From the human T2T-CHM13v2.0 reference genome, Homo sapiens: DNA of 64,000 nt. The DNA lies in the NCBI RefSeq assembly GCF_009914755.1, contig NC_060925.1; one strand, 5' to 3'. The position numbers and the translations under genes were made by a program. Within the stretch, counting starts at the first letter, position 1, and every line of letters begins with the position of its first letter. Of this stretch, positions 29,744 through 45,349 are shown one piece after another. Under the pieces are notes generated by a model. The model ran no database searches. It saw only the letters and a list, made by a program, of their open reading frames with translations, and was not told the origin of the DNA.

Positions 29744-31939
29744 GTTATTGTTTTTAGACCTATCTAGTTAAGAGAAGTTTTGGTTTTAGGCCTGTCTACT
29801 TAAAAAAAATTTTTTTTAATTTTAAAATTAAATTAAAGAAAAAAATTTTTTCTTTAAATACCTTATTCATGGTTTCCATAATCTTTTACTATGGTACTCA
29901 AGAATTTAAATATAATTGTTCTTTTTATGTTCTAACAAGAAAGTAGTTATCTTGGTGTATTACTCTACTTTTAAACTTACATATTTATTACCTTTTTGCA
30001 GTTAAATGTCTTCTTAAGTAAATTATAATCCCCTTGATTTTAACACTACATCTTATACATAATAGGTAATCAATTGTTTATTAAGTAGTTAAGGTATACC
30101 CACCATTTAAAGCCTGGATCAAGTACTTTGGATAGTATGGCACTGTTCTCTTTTCATTATCTATTTTGTCAATGATGTTAGAGATCTTTGCTTGGTCTGA
30201 AACTCTTCCTTTTTCTTATTCTATCACATATTTATCTCCCTGCATTTATCCCTCTTCCTCACTCAACTCTTTTATCTCCTTTTACACTCTCTTCCTATTC
30301 TTTGTTCCCCCGACTCCCTACATGTATATACACAGATATGGTTGCACATAATCTTTTTGGATATGTATTTGCTCTTTCCACTTCGGAAAGCCAACCATTA
30401 AGAGCTTTCCTTTTTGTAACGAATCTGCTTAATGAAGCTGTCTGAATCTACTTTTTAGAAACAAATTCAAATTCCATGTTTACATGGTATGTAATTCTAA
30501 GAAATTTGATCTCTATCCTCATTCAAATTGCTGATCATTCTTATTGTATATGTGCCTTAATTGGGAAAACAATAATGATAATGCCGATCAAAGACAAAAG
30601 GCTAATCTAGTGTGTAAAGATCTCCTAGAAATTGAGAACAAAAAGATCAGTAACCCAATGGGCAAAAGACATGAACGGAAAAAGAAATAAAAGTGATATC
30701 CAAACTAATGAAAAGGTGTCCAATTTCACTCATAATAAGATAAATTCAAAGTGAAACTATACCTAAGTACCTTACCTAGTTCTTACCTATAGAATTATTA
30801 AACATTCAAATGTTTGAGGTGTTATTTTATTGGTGATATTGGGTACGGGTACATTGCCTAGTGGGAATGCACAGTGATATAACCCCAACTGAGATGCATT
30901 TGGCAATATTTACCAAAATTACAAATACATTTACCTTGACTTGGAACTCCCACTTCTGGAAAAACGATACTGTAGACACCCTGCAGGATATGAAATTAGG
31001 CATTGTTTATCATATCAAAAGATTAGAAATAGTTCAAGTATCCAGTAATAGGGGGTTAGTTGAATAAACTAATGGTTTATTCATACAATGGAAACTATGC
31101 AGTTGAGAAGAAAAAAGGAGTTTGTCAATGTATTTATTATGGAGAGATTGCCAGTGTATATTGTTCAAGTAAAAAAAAAATGCAAGGTGCAGAATGTTAT
31201 ATTTAATGTGCTAGTTTTTGCATAAGGAGAGGAGGGAAGTGGGTAATTTATATTGCTTATGTATGCATGTGGAATTACCAGAAGACTAAACAAGAAACTT
31301 ATAAAAGTGGTTACCCACCTATTAAAGATGGGAAGAGACTTCTGTGTATACTTTTTCTTTTATATAGTTTCAAGTTTTGAATTGCATAAATAAATCACTC
31401 AAAATAAAGTTAATTAAAAGAAATGTTTTGAAAATCACAATCCTCATGAAAATTAAATGTATTGTAAAATATATATAAAAAGAATATAATAAAAATATGT
31501 ATACAGATGAAATAATATTTTACCTATTATCCATTTTGTTGGTGGTGGACATTTGGGTTCTTCCTATTTACTATCTCTGGACAACGTAGCTATGAATAGT
31601 TTTATATCTGCACGTGAAAAAGTACAAAAGTTTTTATCAGGTTTATGTCTAGGGATGATATTATTGGTTCTTAGCATATTCAACTTTGCTGGATAATACC
31701 AGCCAGTTTCCCAAAGTGCACCACTGTTTTCCAGGTTATACTTGTATGTACTTCCACCAGCAGTGGAAGAGAGAGTATTGATTGTTCCACATATCCTTGT
31801 CAATACTCACTAAGTATTTTAACTCATTTTCTGAGCTGCTTCGTCATTTTGTTAATAATTGCTCATAATTTTCCATTAATTACATGTAACCCTTAATTGA
31901 AATAATTGAAAATATATTTGTTCTTTTTCATTCTTTCAG

Positions 31940-32098
31940 ATGTTTTCATCTTCTGCCCCTGTGGATCAGGAGATTAAAAGCCTTCGAGAGAAACTAAATA
32001 AACTTAGGCAACAGAATGCTTGTTTGGTCACACAGAATCATTCCTTAATGACTAAATTTGAATCTATTCACTTTGAATTAACACAGTCAAGAGCAAAA
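31940..32098 (+). CDS. CCDC18: CCDC18 exon 4
   Basis: ctttcag|ATG, AAA|gtatgt; 159 nt; [25 protein letters not shown]...QSRAK. Confidence 0.93.
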
Positions 32099-34419
32099 GT
32101 ATGTATCTTGAAATAAGTTTGCCAACAGAAAATAGTTGTTATTTTAAGATTTATAATTGGAAAAATATTCCTTGTATTGCCACATTGCCTTAATGTGTTA
32201 TGGGAAGTAATTTTCATTATAATACTATAGTATCAACATGTTGTAAAATCAATATTGTATGAATTATATCTGAAAATGATTGAAGGGAACTTTACAGTTT
32301 TTGCATTTAGATAAGTCAGCTTCTTAAGGTGTTAAGATTACCAATTTGTGTGGTTTTATTTTTTATACAAAGGAAGTATAACTTACTTATCTTCCCTTTT
32401 AAAATAACACATTGTCATTGTTGAAAATTTTAAAAGTAGCAAAAAGAGGAAGAAAGATCACCCAGAGTTTCCACCTAGAAACCACTTTACCAGTTTAATA
32501 CGTAGTTGAATCCAGACTGTTTTAAATAGTTTTGGTGTTTTCTGTTTTTTACTTTATATATAGTCTGTGCATTTTCTGATGAATTTACATAGCTTTTCCA
32601 TTGAACATTTTTTATGGTAGCATTATATTTCATGTGATTATATCATAATTTAGTTAATAATTCCTGTATTTCAGTGGTTTCCTATTTTTTTACTAAATGA
32701 TTGGTATTACACAAAAAATTAGAAGAAACCAAAATGTCCAATAATGGAGACATAGTAAATTATGGTATACCCATAAGATAGATTGCAACAAAACCTTTTT
32801 TTAAAAAAATGAGGCAAATATATTAGTACTAAGATGCAAAGTTGTTTGACTTGTATGGAGCATTATAAGGTTTAAATGATATAATATATGTAGTCACTTA
32901 AAACAGTGTCTATGTGTAGTCAGCACTCAAAAACAATTACCTAATATATTTAGTGGCAGAAAAACATTACAGAGCAGTACACACATGTATAATACTCTTA
33001 GTTTTCCTCTTTATAAGAAGTGTGCATGTGTCTGTGTGTGTGTGTTTGTATGTAAATATATATACATGTGATATATTAAGGTTAGAAACTATGCTTCACA
33101 CTGTTGATAATTTCGAGAGAGACTGGAAGGTTGGAGTGAGGCTTTCACTATTTACTTTTATAAACATTGTATACATACATTATATGTAGTTTTAAATAGA
33201 GGAGTTATGGGAAGACTTTATTTTTCTTTTCTGTTTTTTCAAACAAAACAAAATGCTATTAGGGATTATTTCAGCACAGGAAAAACAAAATGCAGCAATG
33301 AACATAAAACTTCTTTGGTGTTTGAGATTATTTCTAGGGTAGACTTACAGAGGCAGAATGACCAAATTTTAGGGAAATAATGTTTTTCAAGCATTTACAT
33401 TTGGTTCCTCATCTTTTCTTGGTCACTTTGAGGGAAAAATGCTGTTTTTCTTGATTTCTTACAAAATGTACCTTTTCAGTATTTCTTTGCCATTTAGATT
33501 TCTTTGTGATTTGTCTGTTCATTTTTTCTGCTTATTTTTAAAATTTTTCTTCAACTGTAGATAATCTCTCTTTTTAAAGTCATGATTGCTTAGTGATTTA
33601 AAGTAAGAAAAGAGACATAAAGATAATTTAATAACTACGAACTAATAGCATTTTGAACCTTTCTTTTTAGGATATAAACATACCAGTGGTTATGTGAGAA
33701 AGTAAGATACTAGTATTGTATTTCTCAGCTCAGCATTTTCAAAGTTGTTGAAATATTTTTTAGGGAAGCCACCTATTTCAGGCCATGTATGAGCTTTTGA
33801 TGTTACATATATGCCCACTATTGAGACTGTTTTGCAGAAATCAATCAATATATTCATAACTTACGTCTGGCAATGGTTGTACTTACTCTTCTGGAGCCTG
33901 GCATCCTGCTCTTTCTGAGCTTTTTGCCCTCTACACCTGCTGTCCAACTGCTACCCTGGGACTTCTCTTTGGTGTTGTTCTAGGTTGGAGCTACTGTTTC
34001 CTGAATTCTATTTTTTGTTATTTCCTAGTTTATTCTTTCTGTATTTGGAGCATATCTTCCAGTTACTTCCTTGCCTGCCTGAAAATGTCTTAATTTCTTC
34101 TTCACTCGTGATTAAATTCCAGTTTGAAAATTATTTAATGTCAGAATTTTTAGGGCATTACTCCCTTCTATCTTCCAGTGCCACTTTGAAAAGTCTGTTG
34201 CCATTGTGAATTACTTTTTAGCATGTAATCTCTTTTTTCCCCCCATTTGTTTGTTTTTCACTTTATGGTAGATGGTAGTTCTTAGGACCTTCCCATTCTG
34301 GTGTTTTAAAACTGCACAACAAGTTGTCTTTGAATAGGCCTTTATTACTCATATTGGGTATTTGAGAGCCCTTTCAGGCTGGAAACTTGTATCTTTTGGT
34401 TCTGGAAATTTTTCTGTTT

Positions 34420-35250
34420 CTTAATTTTTATTTTTAATTTTTGTGGGTACATAGTAGGCGTATATATTTCTGGAGTACATTAGGTTTTTTGATACAATCA
34501 TGCAGCATAATAATCGCATCATGGAGAATGGATATCCATCCCCTCAGGCATTTATCGTTTGTGTTATAAACAATCCAGTTAAACTCTTAGTTATTTTTAA
34601 ATGTACAATTAAGTTATTATTGACTATAGTCACCCTGTTGTGCTATAAAATAGTAGTTCTTATTCATTCTTTCTATTTCTTGTACCCATTAACCATCCCC
34701 ACCTCTCCCCACCCCAACAACTGCCCTTCCCGGCCTCTGGTAACCATCCTTTTACTCTCTGTGTCCATGAGTTCAATTGTTTTGATTTTTAGATCCCACA
34801 AATAAGTAAGAACATGTGATATTTGTCTTTCTGTGCCTGACTTATTTTACTTAACATAATGATCTTTAGTTCCATCCATGTTGTTGCAAATGACTGATTC
34901 TTATTCTTCTTTATGGATGAATAGTACTCCATTGTGTAAGTACTACATTTTCTTTATCCATTCATCTGTGATGAACACTTAGGTTGCTTCTAAATCTTGG
35001 CTATTGAACAGTGCTGCAACAAACATGGAAGTGCAGATACCTTTTCAATATACTGATTTCCTTTCTTTTGGGTATATGCCCAGCAGTGGAATTTCTGGAT
35101 CATATGGTAGCTGTATTTTTAGTTTTTTGAGGAGCCTCCAAACTGTTCTCCATACTGGTTGTACTAATTTCCATTCCCACCAACAGCGTATGAAGATTCC
35201 CTTTTTTCCACATTCATGCAAACATTTGTTATTACCTGTCTTTTGAATGT
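34420..35250 (-). mobile_element. L1MA-like 3' end
   Basis: Colinear and visibly similar to 11131-12040; ORF 35045 [34 protein letters not shown]. Confidence 0.88.
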
Positions 35251-35257
35251 AAGCCTT

Positions 35258-35556
35258 GTTTTTTTGTTTTTTTTTGAGACAAGGTCTTGCTCTGCTGCCC
35301 AGGCTGAAGTGCAATGGTGCAATCACAGCTCAGTGCAACCTTGACCTCCTGGGCATAAGTGATCCTCCCACCTTAACCTCCCAAGTAGCTGGGACTACAG
35401 GCACGTGCCACCATGCCTGGCTAGTTTTTGTATTGTCTTTTTGTAGAGATGGAGTTTTGCCATGTTGCCCAGGCTGATTTTGAACTCCTGGACTCAAGCG
35501 ATCCACCCACCTCCCAAAGTGCTGGGATGACAGGATTGAGCTACCGCGCCTGGCCC
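35258..35556 (-). mobile_element. AluJ
   Basis: Antisense Alu. Confidence 0.88.
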
Positions 35557-35801
35557 TGTAATTTTTATTTAGGAGGTATTCTCAACATTATTTTTTGCAC
35601 TTCTATTAAATCTTTTATTTTGGCTGTCATACTTTTTTCGGTTTCTGAAGTTTTTTTTTGTTCCGATTGTTTTGTATTTCATAACATACTAATGTAGTAT
35701 TCTCTCTTAGCACTCTGAAGATTTAATGATTTTTTTTTCATGTTTGCTTTACTTTCCTTTTTCTTTTGTTTAGGCCTCTGACTTTTATGTTAGAAGCTTT
35801 T

Positions 35802-36090
35802 GGGCCGGGCACGGCGGCTCACGCCTGTAATTCCAGAACTTTGGGAATCTGAGGTGGGCAGATCACGAGGTTAAGAGATCGAGACCATCCTGGCCAACAT
35901 GGTGAAACCCCGTCTCTACTAAAAATACAAAAATTAGCTGGGCGTGGTGATGTGTGCCTGTAGTCCCAACTACTCGGGAGGCTGAGGCAGGAGAATTGCT
36001 TGAACCCAGAGGCGGAGGTTGCAGTGAGCCGAGATCGCGCCACTGCACTCCAGCCTGGTGACAGAGTGAGACTCCATCTCAAAAAAAAGA
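35802..36090 (+). mobile_element. AluS
   Basis: agaag.tttt flanks. Confidence 0.9.
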
Positions 36091-36271
36091 AGATTTTTTC
36101 AGGTGTTAGTATTTTAGCTATTCATATTTAAGAGAAAGGCATTTAAATGCAGATTGGTGGTTTGTTGTCCAGTGGACTTTATTTCTGGGTGATGGTTAGG
36201 GAGGTGGTTCTTTTGTAGGGAAACACCTGCCAGCCCCCAAACAGTATCAGTATGAGATGTTTTTCTTTCCC

Positions 36272-36680
<409 letters not shown>

Positions 36681-37592
36681 AGATTTTTTTTTTTTTTGGA
36701 GCAATTGAGTTTCTCCAGCAAAGAATCCTTTAGTTTCTCACCTGTGGGATAACCCAAAATGAAATTGAGTAGTAAGGTGGGGCTAACCGTTTTATATTAA
36801 TTCCCTTGTTACAGCTGTACTTCATTCCTGCTCATTACTCTTAGTGTCTCACAGTCTCAAGCTTCTTCTGTTCAGTTTCTTCTGATAATAAACTTTCTGC
36901 CTCTTTCCTAGTATGCCAACACCTTGCTATTGGTGTTCTGGGAGTGGGAAAAAGAGGATGACTGTTACTTGCAGATACTTTGAACTGTATCCCTGGTTTT
37001 TCATTGGGTCCTCACTTCTGCCCTCTACAGTACCTTGTGCCTTCATGTTCTAAACTTCTTTTTCAGTGATAGTTATCTTATTGATACTCTCTTCTATACC
37101 ATTTAGATTGTGGGTTCCCACCCTGCTATAGTAGTTGTACTCTCTTTATTATACAGATTGTAGGGTTATTATGCTTTTCTGTATTTAGATTCTTCCTAGT
37201 AAGCATGTATTCTATAATTAGGTTTTTAAATCATAAAAATTCAATAAATATTTTCTTTTATAATTGTTTATAGTTTGATATTTTATGTTTAATTTTCTAA
37301 TTTATGTAAAATAAATCTTGCTAGATGCTTATCAATAGAGATTCTATTTTCTCCCCTAAATAACTCTTCAGTTATAAGTTGAAGGTAATGCCAGGAGCTT
37401 ACATGCCAAGGCTGGCTTATAATGATGATATGCCCATGTAAATGTTGATCAAAGGAATAGATGGGAAGCTTTATATCTGACCAATGATTTGGGAGCCCTA
37501 TTGAACACCCTCATCTGACAGGAAAAAAACTAAGGACCAAGTAGGTTAATTTATTTTCTGAAAGTACTATAAAAGTTGTTTTTATGTTTTAG

Positions 37593-37699
37593 GTTTCTAT
37601 GCTTGAGTCTGCTCAACAGCAGGCAGCCAGTGTCCCAATCTTAGAAGAACAGATTATAAATTTGGAAGCAGAGGTTTCAGCTCAAGATAAAGTTTTGAG
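37593..37699 (+). CDS. CCDC18: CCDC18 exon 5
   Basis: ttttag|GTT, AG|gtaaat; 107 nt; [35 protein letters not shown]. Confidence 0.93.
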
Positions 37700-38029
37700 G
37701 TAAATATACTTTTTATAGCTCTCAAAGTTTTATTTTCTACTTATACATTTTATTATATCTTGTTAAATCTTGTTCCCCACACCCAATAAATTTACAGTAA
37801 CCTAATGGTGTTCAGCTGTCTTAGAACTTGTTGAATCTATTTTTAGTCAATCATAACTCCTCTTGGCTGTAGGTTGCATGTAGTATATAGGGGCTAAAAA
37901 GACTAAGGTGAGATGCCTATTTACATGCTTTTATCAAACATGAATTAGTTCATTTCTTCACCTACATAGAAGTATATACTCAGTGTTTCAAAGGGAGTTC
38001 AAGAAATAAAATGTAAAGGAGTCAGACAC

Positions 38030-38330
38030 TTTTATTATTTTTACAGAAAGGGTCTCACTGCGTCACCTAGGCTGGAGTGCAGTGGTACAGTATGGCTCAC
38101 TGCAGCCTCAGCCTCCTGGGTTCAAGTGATCCTTCTGCCTCAGCCTCCCAAGGAGGTGGGACTACAGGCACGCACCCACTGTGCCCAGCTAAGCTTTTTA
38201 TTTTTTATTTTGTAGAGACAGGGTCTCACTATGTTGGTCAGGCTGGTCTCAAACTCCTGGCCTCAAGCAGTCGTCCTGCCTCGGCCTCCCAAAGTGTTGG
38301 GATTGCAGGCATGAGCTGCCATGCCTTGCC
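38030..38330 (-). mobile_element. AluJ
   Basis: tcag.cacttt flanks. Confidence 0.88.
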
Positions 38331-38432
38331 ATCAGGCACTTTATAATTTATTCTCTTCTGCTTTGAATAAAATGGGAAATATATGCATATTAAATAACAT
38401 ATTACTCTGAGTGATTCTGAAAGTATAGTTAA

Positions 38433-38562
38433 AGGACCAGCAGTAGTAGCATCACCTGGGAACTTGTTAGAAATGCAAATTCTCAGGTCTTATCTCTGGC
38501 ATACTGAACCAAGTTGGGAGGGGTTTCACAAGTTCTGCAAATGATGCTGCTGCACACTGAAG
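38433..38562. mobile_element. MER5A-like fragment
   Basis: agcatcacctgggaacttgttagaaatgcaaattctcagg. Confidence 0.7.
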
Positions 38563-39208
38563 TTGTCTTTTATGTCCATCAGAGTTTTGTAATTTTCTTT
38601 GTAATACATATATTATTTTAAATTTGTAGGTATTTTATATTTTTGGCAATTGTGAATTGTTCCTACTTTGTTCATTGCTAGTGTATGGGAAGGTTACCGA
38701 CTTTTGTATAATATAATTATTTTGTAATTGGTAGCTAATGGTATTATCAGCAAATAAAAAAAATTTTGTTTCTGAGTCAAAGAGTAGGAAAAAGAAAGAA
38801 AGAAAAAAAATTTTGTCTTTCCTTTTCAGCATTTATACTACTTATTACCTTTTCATATTTGCTTTTTGCAGTGGGTAGAACTGTCAGAAAAGTTGTTGGA
38901 TGTGGGGGTGATAACAGTCATCTTTATTTAGTTTCTGAACTATACAGGAATGCTTCTGGTATCTGACTATAAAATACGATGTGAGTTATTACTTCAGATA
39001 TATTTATCATCTGGTGGAAGTATTATTTTATTCTTTAAAAAACTCTTAATTAACAAGTGATGAATATGCCTTTTTCTCTATCTCTTTTTGTATATTGTTT
39101 CTCTTAACTCATTGATTTAAACAAATATAATTCCTAATATTAAATTATTCTTGCATACCTGGGATAATCTCTTTAGTAGTCTTAAACAAAGTATCCTTTA
39201 TTTTATAG

Positions 39209-39337
39209 AGAGGCAGAAAATAAGCTGGAACAGAGCCAGAAAATGGTAATTGAAAAGGAACAGAGTTTGCAGGAGTCCAAAGAGGAATGTATAAAATTAA
39301 AGGTGGACTTACTTGAACAAACCAAACAAGGAAAAAG
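39209..39337 (+). CDS. CCDC18: CCDC18 exon 6
   Basis: ttatag|A, AG|gtatgt; 129 nt; [42 protein letters not shown]. Confidence 0.93.
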
Positions 39338-40459
39338 GTATGTGTTTTTAAAGCAAATACATGTTTTTGAAAGGGAATAAAAGGATATATTACCTATTTA
39401 AAATTCTAGTTAATTTTTGAAGTGAAAAAATTTCAGAGATTTGGCAATAAATTAACTTAATGTTCTTTTTTATCTATTAATTTTTTTAAATTTTCCATTA
39501 AAATGTTTATATGTGGAATTTATGTTATTAGCATCCTGGATTGGGCTTAATTTCTACAAAACTGATAACGATTATCAGTTTAATGATACTTATTTCTGAA
39601 ATTAAGTTCTATGGCCTATTTGAAACCAGTACACTGAGTTTAAAATACTAACAGGGAAAAAGCCTGTAAATTAATATTACCTCTAATAAAACTAAATAAA
39701 ATGTTGAATGAACTCTTTAAAAGAAAATTTTGCCTCATAGAGAAAGAAACTCAATGCCTGTGAATGTGTGCTTGGATCTTCCTTTAGAAATATATAAGTA
39801 GTACAAAAATATCTATTTTGTATAAATTATATCTTGAGATCAAGTCTTTTAAGTAGCTCTGTCCAAGGAACCATTAACTCTGAATGCCAGTTCACTTTTA
39901 AACTGATAAAGATTTAAATTTTTTGAGTTTAAACTAATAAGATTTTATAATAAAATAGGATTATAGCAGTTGTTATACAGTATAAAGTCATAATCTGTAC
40001 TAAGCAATTTTGCAATTTTGCAATTTTGCAATTTGCAATATTGCTTAGTAGAAAATGCGTAGGTTTTGGAGTTAGAAAATTTTTAGATTTTACCTCTCAT
40101 TGGCTTTGTTACCTTGGCCAAATGATATAACCTTTTGAAATCTCAGGTTTTTTTCATCTGTTAAATAAAGATGATATTATCTTGATATGGATAGAAATGA
40201 AGAGTAAATGAAAAAAAGAAATGTACCTCTTAAAAAATACTAACAATTTAACTATTTTATAAACTTTGTGGTTAAATACTCTAGAATTCACACTTCACTT
40301 ACTCAGATAAGCTTTGCACGTGGTTAGTTAAAATAGTGAGATAATAATACATGAAGACCACATTCACAATATAGCTGCCAAGAAAAAATAAAGAGGAAGA
40401 GCTACTAGTTTCCTCTATGCAACTTAGATAAGAGATGACTTTTAGGATAGAGTATTGAC

Positions 40460-40788
<329 letters not shown>

Positions 40789-41085
40789 TGAGTAAGTGGG
40801 GGACAGACACATTCTGGGCAGCATGTGCAAAGGTATAGAAGTATAAAAGGGTATTATTGCTGAAGAACTCTTAAGTAATTTTATGTTCTTATAAGTAAAT
40901 AGGTGTAGTGGGAGATGAGACAAGAAAGACAGGCTGGATCCAGACTGTAAATGGCTTTGTGTGTTATACCAAAGGATTTGTATTTTAACCTGGAAAGCAT
41001 AAATAGCCAATTGAGATTTTTAGGTAGAGGTATGACATGAAGACTCTTGGAGCTTTTTGAAGAACTAAAATGAATATTGACTTTC

Positions 41086-41470
41086 TGCTATGGTTTGAAT
41101 GTGTCCCCCCAATTTTTTGTATTGGAAACTTAATCCCAACGCAACACTGTTGGGAGGTGGGGCATTTTGGAGGTACTTAGGTCACAAGGGCTCTGCTTTC
41201 GTGAATGGATTAATGCCATTATAAGAGGGCTTGACAGAGGGAGTTTGTTCCTTTTTTCCTTTCTGTCATGTCAGAATAAAGTGTTCCTCCTCCTTGGAGG
41301 ATGTAGCATTTAAGGCACCATCTTGGAAGCAGAGAGATTAGGCCCTACCAAACTGCCAGTACCTTGATCTTGGACTTACCAGCCTCCGGAACTGTGAGAA
41401 ATACATTTCTGTTTTTTATAAACTACCCAGACTATGATATTTATTCTAGCAGCACAAATAGACTAAGACA
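41086..41470 (+). mobile_element. MST-type MaLR solo LTR
   Basis: tgctatggtttgaatgtgtcccc ... gcagcacaaatagactaagaca; 5-bp TSD ctttc/cattc. Confidence 0.85.
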
Positions 41471-41632
41471 CATTCTGAGATTGAAAGATCAGAACCTTTT
41501 CAAGGACTATTGGGTGGAGAAGATTAATCATAATGGATTAAAAAGCCAGTGTAAAGAAAGGGAGAGATTGTTTAGCTTTATGCTGTTTGTAAGAGATTAC
41601 CTAAAACATAAGGACACAGAAAAATTGAAAGC

Positions 41633-41930
41633 AGACTGGATGCGGAGGCTAACACCTGTAATCCTAGCACTTTGTGGGGCCGAGATAGGTGGATCACTTG
41701 AGCTCATGAGTTCAGGACCAGCCCGGGCAACATGGTGAAACCCCATCTCTACAAAAAATATAAAAATTAGCCTGGTGTGGTGGCACACGCCTGGAGTCCC
41801 AGCTACTCAGGAGGTTAAGGTGAAAGGGATTGCTTGAGCCTAGGAGGCAGAGATTACAGTGAGCCAAGATTGTGCCATTGCACTCCAGCCTGAGTGACAG
41901 AGGAAGATTGTGTCTCAAAAAAGAGAAAAA
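41633..41930 (+). mobile_element. AluJ
   Basis: Alu consensus. Confidence 0.85.
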
Positions 41931-43168
41931 AAGAATGGAAAGAAATGTTTCAGATAAATACCAAAGCAAAGTTGATATTACTATATTAGGATCACACAGA
42001 ATAGACTTCAGTGCAACAAGCATTACCAACATTAAAATGACTCATATAATGTTTAACACTTAACCAAGAAGATATAAAGACTCTAAACCAGCAAGATATA
42101 AAGACTCTAAACTTATATGTATCTAATAATTTAGTCCCAAAATACATAAGAAAAATAACACAATTTCAAGGAGAAAAGAACAAATCTGTAGTCATATGGG
42201 GAAAATTCTTTATACATTTATCAGGAATTGTTAAGTAACAAAAAATTAAGGCTTGAAGTGTTGAATAAGACAATTAATATTCTTGATCTAATGGATGTGT
42301 ATATGGAACCATGTAGTCAACAGTTTGAAATTGACATTCTTTCAAGCAGATGTAATCTGTTACCTCACTATGCTAGAAAGCATGAATTTGAACAAATTCC
42401 AAAAGATTGATGTCGTATGTATTATCTTCTGCAACCACAGTTCAGTTAAGTTAGAATATAACTCCTTGAAATCCTGTATGTTTGGAAATGTAAAACCAGG
42501 CTTACTGGTGTTCATTGACCTACTGGTGTTCATTGACCATTGAATAAATTAGAAAACCTTTAGAACTGAGTGATATAAAAAATGCACATCACTGCATGTA
42601 GGCTGTACCTAAAGACACTCTTAGAGGAAAAAATTTAACCTTATATACATGTATTATATCATGACTGAAAATTAATGAACTGAAATAGACTATTGTGTGG
42701 TCAGGAAAAGGAGGACATCAGAAGAAAGAATGAACATCAAAAGAAAATAGAAGTAAGGAAATAATAAAGATAAGGATGAAATGGATGAATAGAAAACAGT
42801 GAAACAATATAAAGGATTACCAAAACCTAAATGTGGTTATTTTCACAATGAACAAGAAAATGGGCATCAGACAAGATTAATAAAGGAGAAAAGGCACAAG
42901 TGTTGGGATTGGCAAGGGACTCCCAAATTACAGATTTAGCTATAAATCGGTAAGCAATAAGAAATATATAAGAAATAAGGCCAATAACTGAATCATTTTA
43001 AAGATGATACATTTGAAAACTTAGACTAAATAAAATTCTCAGCAAAATAAAATTTAACAAAACTAACTTTAAAATAAATGAAAAACCTGAATAAATATAT
43101 GTGTGTGTGTGTGTACATATATATGTGTGTGTGTATATATATAGCTATTAGGGTTATCAAATCAGTAA

Positions 43169-43638
<470 letters not shown>

Positions 43639-44239
43639 ACTCTCCTGCATTTCTAATGGAAGTGTAAATTGGTAGAACCACTTTGGAAAACTGTTTGTCA
43701 GTAGCTGCTAAAGGTAAACATAAGCCTGCCTTATGATCCAGCATTCATTTCAACAAAACTTAGTCCCTGTATTAAAAGACATGTACAAGAATGTTAGAGT
43801 AATTTTATTCATTGTTAAATGTTCATCAACAGTGTAATCTATAAACTGTGGTATGTTCACATAATTATACACATCAGTAAAAAAGAGCAACTACAACTAT
43901 GTAACAACATGGATTATTATCACACATATAATGCTCAGCAGAAGAAGCCAGACACAGTAGAATACTGTATAATTCCATAGCAAATCAAGGATAGGCAAAA
44001 TTAACATATGTTGTTAAAAGTCCAAATGGTGCTTACCTTTTTGGGGTAAAGAATATTCACTGGGAAGGTACACAGGGGTGCTGGAAGTGTTCTCTATTTG
44101 ATTGGGTTAGTAGTTAAGTAAGTATACACATTATTATAAACTTCTCTCATTTAGGATTTCTGTACTTTACTCAATAAAAAATTAAAATCAAATAAGAAAA
44201 ACTATAAGAAAAAATCTACAGAAGATATGTATAGTCTTA

Positions 44240-44532
44240 ATTTTTTTTTAAAGAAATATGGTATTGCTTTGTTACCCAGGCTGGAGTGCAATGCTGTGGT
44301 CATGGCTCACAGTAGCTCCCAACTACTGGGCTCAAGTGATCCTCCCACTTCAGGCTCGCAGATAGTTAGGACTACAGGCTTGCCCCACCACACCCGACTA
44401 ATTTTTAAATTTTTTTTACACATGGGTCTCACTGTGTTGCCCAGGCTGGTCTTGAACTCCTGGGTTCAAGTGGTCCTCTTGCTTTGGCCTCCTAAAGTGC
44501 AAGTATTATAGGCATGAGCCACTGTGCCTGGC
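44240..44532 (-). mobile_element. AluJ
   Basis: Antisense Alu. Confidence 0.85.
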
Positions 44533-44551
44533 TTTAATGCATGTTTTAAAA

Positions 44552-44660
44552 TGTATTTGGGGTTTGTTTTAATCAGGTATGGTAAGATACAGACACAGGA
44601 CTGACATGGAGAAAGAAATTTTTATACTTACAGATTTCTAGAAGTAGGAGGGGCACAATA
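44552..44660. mobile_element. Old LTR fragment (MER21/MER77-like)
   Basis: aatcaggtatggtaag...tttatacttacag...aggaggggcac resembles that family's terminus. Confidence 0.4.
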
Positions 44661-44663
44661 TGC

Positions 44664-45349
44664 TGTTTTGGGATCCTTGGGGTGTTGCTTCACGAGCCAG
44701 AAACCTCTGTGGCCAGTGGCACCTTTGCCCGAGTTTTACTCTGGCCCAGTGGGCTCATTCTGCCCACTCAGCCTGGCAGGCTGCGCTTGGCTCGTGCTAC
44801 CACCCTGGATCCCACACCTGCCAAGGGTGAGCTAGGTGCAGAATGGCAAGGGGTGTGTGAACGACCATAGGGTCCAGCCACTATACATAGCCAGGCATGC
44901 CGGCTGTGGTGGTGTGAGCAGCTCCAGGCGCCAGCACGGGCGCCAGCTCCCTGTGAGGCTGTGGCTGGACCAGGTATAGCATAAGCAGCTTCTGTGGCTG
45001 ACACCAGGGAACGGGGTGGTACTGGAAGCTTGGAGACACCAGGAACCACAGAGCCCTAAAGAGGGTGTCACAGCCCTGGCTCGGGAAGCTCATAGGTCTG
45101 GGCTCCCCTGAAGGGCTGTAGCTCTTCTCTCCTTCTCTTGTCTTTTCTTCTTGTTGCCTGCAACGTAGTGAGCAGGGGGCGTGTTTCAGCCATTTGTGTT
45201 ACAGCATTTTAAGCCCCACCATTCAGTGGGTCCTGAGTTCTTGTCCTGCATCCAGGAAGAATGAGGTAAGCAAACAAGTGGAGGGTGAGCAAGAGAAGCT
45301 CTGTTGAGCGACAGAACAGCTCAGAGGAGACCCACAGTGGGTAGCTCCT
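44664..45349 (-). mobile_element. MER52-type ERV1 LTR, 3' part (R-U5) only
   Basis: GC-rich block starting tgttttgggatccttggggtgttgcttcac...aaacctctgtggcc, which resembles the MER52 terminus as I recall it; GAGCTACCCACT..GTCTCCTCTGAGCTG motif at the other end. Confidence 0.7.

Noticed and set aside
42064-42540. Small tandem duplications (aagatataaagactctaaac x2; tactggtgttcattgacc x2)
   Set aside because: Ordinary slippage duplications inside decayed L1
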